Origin: Candidatus Aenigmatarchaeota archaeon
GTDB taxonomy: Archaea; Aenigmatarchaeota; Aenigmatarchaeia; QMZP01; JAFGSV01
Length of the DNA stretch: 25,527 bases
Direction of reading: 5' to 3'
Assembly: GCA_043803615.1 (NCBI GenBank)
Contig: JAZDJY010000120.1
Span: 1 to 25,527 of the forward strand
Below the pieces are notes generated by a model. The model ran no database searches. It was given only the letters and a program-made list of their open reading frames with translations, and was not told where the DNA came from. Positions 9,139-16,411 of this stretch are shown one piece after another (positions within the stretch are counted from its first letter, which is position 1; each line of letters begins with the position of its first letter). The translations under genes and the position numbers were made by a program.

Positions 9139-11970
9139 ATGGTGCGCCGCGGCGAAGTTTTCGGCATGAACACGACCGTCATGCTATTGCTTGTCCTCGT
9201 CGCGGCGATTGGCTTTACCGCCTTCCTCACGACAAGCTCCGGGGGCATGCAGTCGCTTTTGAAAGGCGTCTGCGAGAAGAACCCACAGCTCGCATTCTGC
9301 AACCCTGAAGAGGCGCCCGGAACCTTTGATTCCGAGGTCGCAAGGAAGTCAACGGAAGCCCTCGTCTGCGCCGTGAACAGCGTGGGCGCGGGGTCGGAGT
9401 GGTCCGGTGACAGAAGCATCGAGTGCTCCGATTACCAGAACACTCCGGGAAGGCCGGTCAGCGCGGAGGACTACCTGACGCTGACAAGGGAGATAGGGAA
9501 GAAAGACGATTGCGTGAAGGCCTGCATGGATGACCAGGCGGACCTTTGCAAAGGCCTTGCGGACTGCAAGGTCACCGGAGGCGCATATCTTCAAAGAGAT
9601 TGGCTTGGGCTTGACAGCCTCTCGAGGGACAAGTGCGAATGCACACTCACTACATCGAGCAGGCCATACTTCGGCTGCAATAGCGCTTCCGGCACCTTCG
9701 AGTGCACGATTTCAAATTTCCGGCTGCCGCAGGAAGCCACGGCAGCCAATGAGTGGATACCATATTTTGGCGACCCCAAGTTCCTCGTCTACTGGCAGTC
9801 GTTCCCCATGAGCGAGGACACGTGGACCTTCCATGACGCCGGCTGGATGTATGCCGCAACGATAGCGGCGTCTGCAATCCCGCTTGGGGGCGCGGGAAAG
9901 GTCCTTGTGGGAGCAGGTTTAAAGACGGCGGGAGCCATAGCAAAGACAGCCTTCTCTGACATCAAGTCCAGTGTCTTCAAGTATGAAGCAAAACAAATTG
10001 AGAGAACTACCCTGAAGGCGGAAACCGCAGCGATAAGCAAGAAAGTAAGGGCGGACCTAAAGACTGTCGTCCTGAAAGACGTCAAGGACAAGGCCTTTGG
10101 CCTGCTTGGAAGGCCGGGCTCTATTTTCAGGCAGGGTGGAAAGCTCGTCCTGGGGGCGGGCGTCGTCACGACCCTGAGCTTTTATGATGTCGTAGACAGC
10201 TGGCTCTCGAAGATGGAAGTCCGCAAGAACATGATGGTCCTGAAGAGAGCAGGCGTCGTCGACCCTGGAACGTACCTGGTGGAAAAACGCCTGCCTGTTA
10301 TCCTCAGCTACAAGAGCGGCATGCTAAGCAAGTCCACGCCCACCTTCGTGCTCGCCTCGCCATGCTACATCTCGGAGATGAAGGTCAGCAAGATAGAAGG
10401 TGTCGTATGCGGGAACTTCGGCTATGACGGGACGACCGGTTACATAAGCTGTACAGATCCTGACACTAATCAGGGAATTTTGAGCAAGGGATACCCAAGG
10501 AAGGGGGATGGCTACCCTTCCTGCTACGAACCTGACAATTACATCAGGACGCGCTTCCAGGCAGATAACTGGGATACGGGGAAAGAGGACCCGGTGAACA
10601 GTTACGTCCTGGGCTTCAGGAATACGATGCCTGGTTACGTGGAGATGACAAGCAGCGTCGTGACATCCGTAGTTTCTGACAAGGCCGTGCTGAAGTTCAA
10701 CAAGGATGTAATAGCAAGCCTTGCCGGTGCCGAACTCCAGTTCGATACCGACGGCGGCCTGAAGAGCCTCCCATTTGCGGGCACCGGTGAGAAGGAGAAC
10801 GACGACGGCGACCTGGCCTATTCCGGGATCGCAAGGTACTGCGGCATCACCGTTGACGCGTATTTCGACAAGCCCTCCGGGAGTTGTGACATAACGGAAG
10901 GAGGATTTGCGAAAGCCCAGCAGGTCTCGGCCACCTTATGGGATTCCTTATTGAACAAGCCTTTTGCGGGGACTGGATTCGCCCTCAGGGAACTTGAAGG
11001 CGTAGGCTGCTACGCATATCTGGAGATTTCTGGGGATTTAGGCAAGGAGGAAAAGGTTGACGACCCCGCAATCCTTGACGGCCTCAAGGCCACATCAGGC
11101 CTTTACGAAGAGAAGCCCTTCATCGAGTACGAGGAAGATGATTTTTCAGATAAGAGGAACGTGCTCTACAGATACAGCGGGTCCTCGTGGGAGTGGAGGT
11201 TTGCCGGACCTATCGGTGATTTGCTTCTGGATGGCGCATTGTTTTCGCCGGTCAGCGCGCTGTCTCCTGACTACCTGAAAGAGCATGGAATCGCGACGGT
11301 TAACGCAGACATAACCAAGGAGCTTGTGGGGAAAGACTATGCAGGGGGCATCGACGTGTTCAAGGACGTGCTTTCGAAGGACACCGACTCCAGCGGAGAT
11401 GATGATACAAGCGACGATTACGTGGACATCACATACGACACGGTAAATGATGGCGTGTGCGGCGTCATGGATAGCATGGACAAGAGAAGAAAGATAGGCC
11501 TGAGGTACGGCTCCCAGTGGTCCATAAGCAGCGTTCCAAGCTCGCTTCCAGGTACCGAAAGCGACTACTGGATAGAGCTATTCGACAACAATGGGGATAC
11601 GTTCGTGGACATGGTTGGCATAAACAACGGCTACGGCAGCGTCAGGGAGCAGTACATAGCATTCACTGAAAGCGAAAGCGGAAACATGGATTCCTACATC
11701 ATGAGCCACTGCAGCATCCCTGAATCCATACTCGTCGGGAACGTGGATAAGATGAATGATTACGAAAACAACTACTGCTTTGCGCAGCCTACCAAAACGG
11801 AGATGGCATTGAGCATAGGAAGCACCGCAGTCATTGCAGCGGGTACGATTGCCGCAGGCTTCGTAGCCGACGGCGCGGCGATAGGGCTTCTGGTGGCTAG
11901 CGGCGCCGCTTCCGGGACCATGGACGTCATCGGAGAGCACTCCTCCAAGTGGCCCAATTCCGGAGGATAG
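9139..11970 (+). CDS. giant pilin-like/adhesin protein with class III signal peptide
   Basis: 943 aa. MVRRG|EVFGMNTTVMLLLVLVAAIGF leader, Cys-rich, with internal and C-terminal Gly/Ala-rich hydrophobic segments. Confidence 0.75.
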   Translation: MVRRGEVFGMNTTVMLLLVLVAAIGFTAFLTTSSGGMQSLLKGVCEKNPQLAFCNPEEAPGTFDSEVARKSTEALVCAVNSVGAGSEWSGDRSIECSDYQNTPGRPVSAEDYLTLTREIGKKDDCVKACMDDQADLCKGLADCKVTGGAYLQRDWLGLDSLSRDKCECTLTTSSRPYFGCNSASGTFECTISNFRLPQEATAANEWIPYFGDPKFLVYWQSFPMSEDTWTFHDAGWMYAATIAASAIPLGGAGKVLVGAGLKTAGAIAKTAFSDIKSSVFKYEAKQIERTTLKAETAAISKKVRADLKTVVLKDVKDKAFGLLGRPGSIFRQGGKLVLGAGVVTTLSFYDVVDSWLSKMEVRKNMMVLKRAGVVDPGTYLVEKRLPVILSYKSGMLSKSTPTFVLASPCYISEMKVSKIEGVVCGNFGYDGTTGYISCTDPDTNQGILSKGYPRKGDGYPSCYEPDNYIRTRFQADNWDTGKEDPVNSYVLGFRNTMPGYVEMTSSVVTSVVSDKAVLKFNKDVIASLAGAELQFDTDGGLKSLPFAGTGEKENDDGDLAYSGIARYCGITVDAYFDKPSGSCDITEGGFAKAQQVSATLWDSLLNKPFAGTGFALRELEGVGCYAYLEISGDLGKEEKVDDPAILDGLKATSGLYEEKPFIEYEEDDFSDKRNVLYRYSGSSWEWRFAGPIGDLLLDGALFSPVSALSPDYLKEHGIATVNADITKELVGKDYAGGIDVFKDVLSKDTDSSGDDDTSDDYVDITYDTVNDGVCGVMDSMDKRRKIGLRYGSQWSISSVPSSLPGTESDYWIELFDNNGDTFVDMVGINNGYGSVREQYIAFTESESGNMDSYIMSHCSIPESILVGNVDKMNDYENNYCFAQPTKTEMALSIGSTAVIAAGTIAAGFVADGAAIGLLVASGAASGTMDVIGEHSSKWPNSGG

Positions 11971-12076
11971 TGCAGTGTTGTTTTGGCCCACCAGCGGTTA
12001 TAATCCAAGCCAATTCTCAGATACGGGAGCCGTTCCTTCCGGAAAAGATAAATAGCCGCAAAAAGAAGTGATTGTC

Positions 12077-12235
12077 ATGGAGTTCACGTTTCGGACCGTA
12101 ATCGTCATGATACTCCTCCTTATCATGGCGCTCGTCTGCGCGACCATAATCCTCGGGTGGAGCGGCGACGCAAACAACCTCTTCCACGCCGTGATAGGCC
12201 CGTTCAGGGATATGGTGTCTTCGAAGCCTTCTTAG
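12077..12235 (+). CDS. 52-aa pilin-like peptide lacking a basic leader (not in ORF track)
   Basis: MEFTFRTVIVMILLLIMALVCATIILGWSGDANNLFHAVIGPFRDMVSSKPS*. ATAAATA box 29 nt upstream; in-frame TAG at 12053. Confidence 0.65.
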   Translation: MEFTFRTVIVMILLLIMALVCATIILGWSGDANNLFHAVIGPFRDMVSSKPS

Positions 12236-12302
12236 TGCGCAAGACCGCCTTCTTTCGCAGCCTGACGCAAATATTTAAGTAGAGCCTCCCATAATTATAA
12301 CC

Positions 12303-12626
12303 ATGAAGGGCCTCTCGATGACGCTTGAGATAGTCATCATAGCGATAGTGCTTCTTGTCACGGCTCTCGTCATTCTGACCATATTCGGCGGCCAGATGGC
12401 AAACGTCCTTTCGGCCCTCGGCATACTCCAGACCAGCACGGTTGAGTCTAGCCAGTGCCAGACCATGTGCAGCAATTGGTGCCTTGTGAACAGACCAGAT
12501 ACAAAAGTTGCTTGGACGACGCTCACCTTCACTAGAAACAAAGCCGACGGAACAGGGCCAGAGACAATTGGATGTAATACGATTATGTCTAAGTTAGGCT
12601 CTACCGAATGCAAGTGCACGATTTAG
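12303..12626 (+). CDS. archaeal type IV pilin (candidate major pilin)
   Basis: MKG|LSMTLEIVIIAIVLLVTALVIL class III signal peptide, Cys-rich head (CQTMCSNWC...C...CKC) and its own TATA box at 12274. Confidence 0.85.
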   Translation: MKGLSMTLEIVIIAIVLLVTALVILTIFGGQMANVLSALGILQTSTVESSQCQTMCSNWCLVNRPDTKVAWTTLTFTRNKADGTGPETIGCNTIMSKLGSTECKCTI

Positions 12627-12695
12627 CCCAGCGGCCATTCTTTTCTGCAGTTCTTGGTTACGCCATTTTTATTTCATCCCACCGAAGTATTTGTT

Positions 12696-13343
12696 ATGAA
12701 AGGCGCCGTGCCGGGGATGAACGAGTGGCTTTTTGTCGTGCTCACGATAGTCATCGGGGCACTTGCAATCATGTGGGGCATGGGAAAGCTTGATTTCTCC
12801 GGAGCGAATCCCGACGGGGCTTCTGATGGCAGCAGCAGCGTGATTTTCAGCCGCCAGGAAAGCAAGGTCTCAGCCGGGACGCTTAATGCCTACCTTGAGA
12901 AGAACGCAGGCGAAAAGCTCAAAGGGAAGGGTCAGGTGTTCTACGACCTTGGCGTCAGGTACGACATAGACCCGGCGTTTGCCGTCGCGGTTTCGCAGAA
13001 GGAGACGTCCCTTGGCAGGCAGACGTGCCAGGGGATAAGTGAGAGCTGTAGCAACTTCTTCTGCATAAAGGCCACCGGCGGCGCGGGCGGGAGCGGGGCT
13101 TGCGGCTCCTGGGCGTCCTACGGCACGCCGGAGCAGGGCATCGAGGCATTCTATTCCCTGATAAAGACGGGCTACGTCGACTCCGGACAGGACACGATAG
13201 CCGAGATTGGCTGCGCTCCGGGCTCCGGCTATTCCTCGCACTGCTACTGCGCAGGCGATACGACGCCGTACTGCTCGTCATGGATCGGGGGCGCTTCAGG
13301 CGTTCCCGCGCTAACCGAAAAGGTTGTGGACTACGCCGCCTGA
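12696..13343 (+). CDS. pilin-like protein with lysozyme-fold GH73-like glucosaminidase domain
   Basis: Start MKG|AVPGMNEWLFVVLTIVIGALAIMWG. Domain YDIDPAFAVAVSQKETSLG (putative catalytic Glu at 13002), NFFCIK and SWASYGTPEQGIEAFYSLIKTGY parallel the GH73 motifs A..ES.G, NLFGIK and FR.Y.S.E.SI..Y...L...Y. Confidence 0.78.
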   Translation: MKGAVPGMNEWLFVVLTIVIGALAIMWGMGKLDFSGANPDGASDGSSSVIFSRQESKVSAGTLNAYLEKNAGEKLKGKGQVFYDLGVRYDIDPAFAVAVSQKETSLGRQTCQGISESCSNFFCIKATGGAGGSGACGSWASYGTPEQGIEAFYSLIKTGYVDSGQDTIAEIGCAPGSGYSSHCYCAGDTTPYCSSWIGGASGVPALTEKVVDYAA

Positions 13344-13391
13344 TGATTGTGGGAAGCCTCGGTTTTTAAGCCTCCGCGGGAACAATATATC

Positions 13392-13505
13392 ATGGCGAAG
13401 GGCCAGGTGCCCGAGATGGGCATGGGCATGGTCGAGCTCATCATAACCGTCGCGACGATTTCGGTCGTGATTGCGGTCGTCATGTTCCTGATACAAGGCA
13501 AGTGA
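13392..13505 (+). CDS. 37-aa minimal pilin (not in ORF track)
   Basis: MAKG|QVPEMGMGMVELIITVATISVVIAVVMFLIQGK*, a canonical KG|Q cleavage motif. TTTAAG box 27 nt upstream. Confidence 0.75.
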   Translation: MAKGQVPEMGMGMVELIITVATISVVIAVVMFLIQGK

Positions 13506-13542
13506 CCCGGCAGATTTAAGGCTCCCGCCGCGAATAATTAAG

Positions 13543-14130
13543 ATGGCACGCAAGGGGTCAAACGTCCTCTCAAAGCCCCTCTTCGGGGTCATCGCGCTCG
13601 CGCTCGTGATTTTTGCGATAGTGTTCCTGTACGTTAAACTGGCATCGATAAGCAACCCCTGCTGGCAGGAAGTCCTCTTAGGCCTTGAGCCCCTTAAGAC
13701 CGGGACCTCCATGCCCGTCGTCATGAAGTTTGACGGGGAGTGCCTCTCAAAGTTCGTCATCACTACGAACAGGGCCGCATGCGGCATCGAGTGCAGGAGC
13801 ATAGGCGACGATGACGAGGAGCGCGCGTGCGCCTCCAAGTGCTCGTACGGCGACGATGAAAGCCCCAGAACCTTCATAATCGCCGTGCCCAAGGACAGCG
13901 GATTCTTCGAAAAAGCAGGAAAGGTCATCTACGACCGGAACCTCTACTGGATCATGGGCGGGAAGACTGAGGTCTTTTCGGTGGGCTGCCAGGCAAATTC
14001 CGTGGACGCCGCGCTGGGCTGCGAGGATGAGCACGGCGTCTGGGCATGCGAGCCCGGGGAGAACGCGGCAAGCTACACGCTCGCAATCGATGACACGCAG
14101 AAAATATGCGATATAAAGGTGAAGGCGTAG
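13543..14130 (+). CDS. minor pilin-like protein, Cys-rich
   Basis: MARKG|SNVLSKPLFGVIALALVIFAIVFLY leader; about ten Cys in the head domain. Confidence 0.78.
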   Translation: MARKGSNVLSKPLFGVIALALVIFAIVFLYVKLASISNPCWQEVLLGLEPLKTGTSMPVVMKFDGECLSKFVITTNRAACGIECRSIGDDDEERACASKCSYGDDESPRTFIIAVPKDSGFFEKAGKVIYDRNLYWIMGGKTEVFSVGCQANSVDAALGCEDEHGVWACEPGENAASYTLAIDDTQKICDIKVKA

Positions 14131-14137
14131 TGGTTGC

Positions 14138-14572
14138 ATGGAAGGCAACAAGATGATAATCGCGATGTCCTTTGCGCTCATCCTGATATCATTCTTCTGG
14201 ATACAGGGCGTCTACGTCATAGCACCCATCCTCCAGGGCGGCATATACGCAACCGAGAAAGGCATATCCGTCCAGATAGACGCGCTTTCCTCGGTAGACG
14301 AGGGCCGGGTGAAACTGAATATTCCAGTGAACATGATAAAGAGCGTCTCGGTATCGTACGAAACGAAGGGGGACAAGGAGAGCTATAAGATAAGCGAGGA
14401 TGGCTGGTACGTCATAGTGTCATACAAGCTGGGGACGGGAAGCGTGAAAGGGGTAAGCCTCATAAGGTCCTATCCTAAGGGTGCCGCGATGGAAAAGACC
14501 ATACTCTCCCCATCAGACCTCTGCGTCGTGAAGAGGGCGGATAGCCCGTATGCGGAGGTGGCAAGATGCTGA
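14138..14572 (+). CDS. pilin-like membrane-anchored protein with atypical leader
   Basis: MEGNKMIIAMSFALILISFFWIQG N-terminal TM followed by a beta-rich domain. Overlaps the next gene by 7 nt. Confidence 0.7.
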   Translation: MEGNKMIIAMSFALILISFFWIQGVYVIAPILQGGIYATEKGISVQIDALSSVDEGRVKLNIPVNMIKSVSVSYETKGDKESYKISEDGWYVIVSYKLGTGSVKGVSLIRSYPKGAAMEKTILSPSDLCVVKRADSPYAEVARC

Positions 14573-15390
14573 AGAAGGGGCAGCTTGACATAGACATAGA
14601 GTTCATGGGAGGGACCATCATATTCGTGGCACTGGGATGCCTCCTCTACCTGATGATAATAGCGCCGCTCCTTGCCGTCCAGTACGCGACGTCCGAGGCA
14701 GGCTCTAACGTCGGCTCGATGGAGTATTCCAACTACATGAAGAGAAGCCTCCTTGACGCCCGCGGTGACGGCAGCATGATGAGCCGCGCCGGTCTTTCCC
14801 TTGCCGTCTCTTCAGGGCAGCACCCGGCCGGGGCAGGCGCAGGCTACGTCGCGGTGACCGACATGCTCGGGCTGGCAGAATGGGTATTCGACGGGGAAAA
14901 GGATAAGACGTCGTCCCACGAGACCTTCGCCGTGATGTCGACCGACGTCTTCCCCGCACCGGAAGGTTCCTTTTCCGTGATGCAGAAGGGGAAGGACTAC
15001 GTCGTCCACGCCTACAAGGCCGGGGGCACCCTGATGCTAGACATCCACTATGACGTCATATGCGGGAGCGTTTCGCGCGAGGACCCGTCAGCCTTCACGG
15101 CGCCTAGGTGCGAGGACGTGAAACCGCTCAGGGCCGTCGCACTCGACGCGAAGGGCGTTTCTTCATCGTGCGTCGTCCCTGTCAAGAACGGCAAGCAGGA
15201 GAGGACCCTCACGCTGGTCACGGCTTCGTCGGACGTGGAGGCATCTGACCTCGTGCCCGCGGGTCTTGACCTCCTTTTGGCATCAGACTGTGTTCCGGGG
15301 AAGGATGGCGGCATGTGCGTGAGGCTCGTCGGGAGGCAGGCTCTGCCCCTCAGGATTTACGCCGCGTACAAGGGAGGAGCATTCTCATGA
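14566..15390 (+). CDS. minor pilin-like protein
   Basis: MLKKG|QLDIDIEFMGGTIIFVALGCLLYLMII, a canonical KG|Q class III signal peptide. Confidence 0.8.
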   Translation: MLKKGQLDIDIEFMGGTIIFVALGCLLYLMIIAPLLAVQYATSEAGSNVGSMEYSNYMKRSLLDARGDGSMMSRAGLSLAVSSGQHPAGAGAGYVAVTDMLGLAEWVFDGEKDKTSSHETFAVMSTDVFPAPEGSFSVMQKGKDYVVHAYKAGGTLMLDIHYDVICGSVSREDPSAFTAPRCEDVKPLRAVALDAKGVSSSCVVPVKNGKQERTLTLVTASSDVEASDLVPAGLDLLLASDCVPGKDGGMCVRLVGRQALPLRIYAAYKGGAFS

Positions 15391-16403
15391 GGTCCAAGGC
15401 ATCCATCGGGCTCTTCGGCATGGTCATAATAGGGATAATAATACTTGCAATCGTCGCAGTCCTGCACACCTTTCCAAGCATACAGAAATTCGCAAAAGTC
15501 AGGGGCGATGCCGTCACATTCGTCTCCATGAACGACGAGGCCGGGAAGGTCTTCCCCTTGCTTGCAGCATCATACGCCGGCAAGTCCGGCATGGATTTCC
15601 TCGCCTGCAGCATCTCCGGGGTGAAGGACTGCGGGACCATGGGCGATGACCTTGAGCTCCTCGCAGAGGAGATGGACACGGGAGTGGTCCTTTACAGCAA
15701 GACCGGGGCTTTTGCAACCTACGGCAAAAGGAAGGACGGCGAGATATTCGTCGTCGAGATTCCTCTTCCGGGCGGCAAAACCGGGACCGTAGGGTTCATG
15801 TTGGACAGGCCCTCCGTGCAGCCCATGGTCACCGACTGGATATGGCCCCTTGACACGGGCGCAGGCCTTACGGTCCGCAGCTGCTACGGTGAGAAGAGGG
15901 TGAGCGCAAAGAGCGGCCGGCCGTACACCCATTCCGGGATAGACCTCGGGGGCAGCAGCGGCGACAGTGTCTACGCGGTTTCCGGCGGCACCGTCAAGTA
16001 CGTGTGCACCGGGGCAACCGAAGGGGACGTGAACGGCTGCCATGGATACGGCAACATGCTTATCATAAAGCACGGGGACTACTACGTGCGCTACAGCCAC
16101 CTTTCGAAGATTGCTGAGGGAGTTAAGGAAGACCTGAAGGTGGACAAGGGCGACACCATAGGCTACGTCGGCAACACCGGATACTCGTTTGGAAGCCATC
16201 TCGACTTCAAGGTGTACTCCTACGACCCTGACGAGTGGGGATACAATGCGAACATCGACCCGCTGTGCATGTACGGCGAAGGCTACCTGAGCGGCGTCGT
16301 GAAGCTTTCGTACGCCGCAGGCGACGAGGACTGCGGCAGGGCAAGGAGCGTGTGCTCTTCTCAAAGCACGGCAGGGTACGCGCCTTCGGAGAATGACGAG
16401 TGA
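15387..16403 (+). CDS. pilin-like protein with C-terminal M23 family zinc metallopeptidase
   Basis: ATG 15387 overlaps the upstream TGA (ATGA). MRSKA|SIGLFGMVIIGIIILAIVAVL leader. M23 motifs WIWPL, HSGID (15930), GYGNMLIIKH, YSHL, KGDTIGYVGNTGYSFGSHLDF (16197) and DPL. Confidence 0.9.
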   Translation: MRSKASIGLFGMVIIGIIILAIVAVLHTFPSIQKFAKVRGDAVTFVSMNDEAGKVFPLLAASYAGKSGMDFLACSISGVKDCGTMGDDLELLAEEMDTGVVLYSKTGAFATYGKRKDGEIFVVEIPLPGGKTGTVGFMLDRPSVQPMVTDWIWPLDTGAGLTVRSCYGEKRVSAKSGRPYTHSGIDLGGSSGDSVYAVSGGTVKYVCTGATEGDVNGCHGYGNMLIIKHGDYYVRYSHLSKIAEGVKEDLKVDKGDTIGYVGNTGYSFGSHLDFKVYSYDPDEWGYNANIDPLCMYGEGYLSGVVKLSYAAGDEDCGRARSVCSSQSTAGYAPSENDE

Positions 16404-16411
16404 GGGATGTC

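Noticed and set aside
8490-9308. 272-aa alternate-frame ORF spanning the tadC-like/giant pilin junction
   Set aside because: Arg/His-rich off-frame translation overlapping two well-supported genes.
11584-11610. EF-hand-like Ca-binding loop DNNGDTFVD in the giant pilin
   Set aside because: Only a partial match to Dx[DN]xDG (Thr at the Gly position) and a single copy. Too weak without a structure.
12696-16403. Hydrolases as a provirus lysis cassette or cell-division autolysins
   Set aside because: No capsid, terminase or holin genes, and no peptidoglycan synthesis or division genes. Both enzymes have pilin leaders and sit within the pilin array.
12696-16403. Pseudomurein (methanogen host) as the primary target
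   Set aside because: No PeiW/PeiP-like protease or pseudomurein-binding repeats recognised. GH73 and M23 chemistry fits beta-1,4 glycan and D-amino-acid or Gly links better. Disfavoured, not experimentally excluded.
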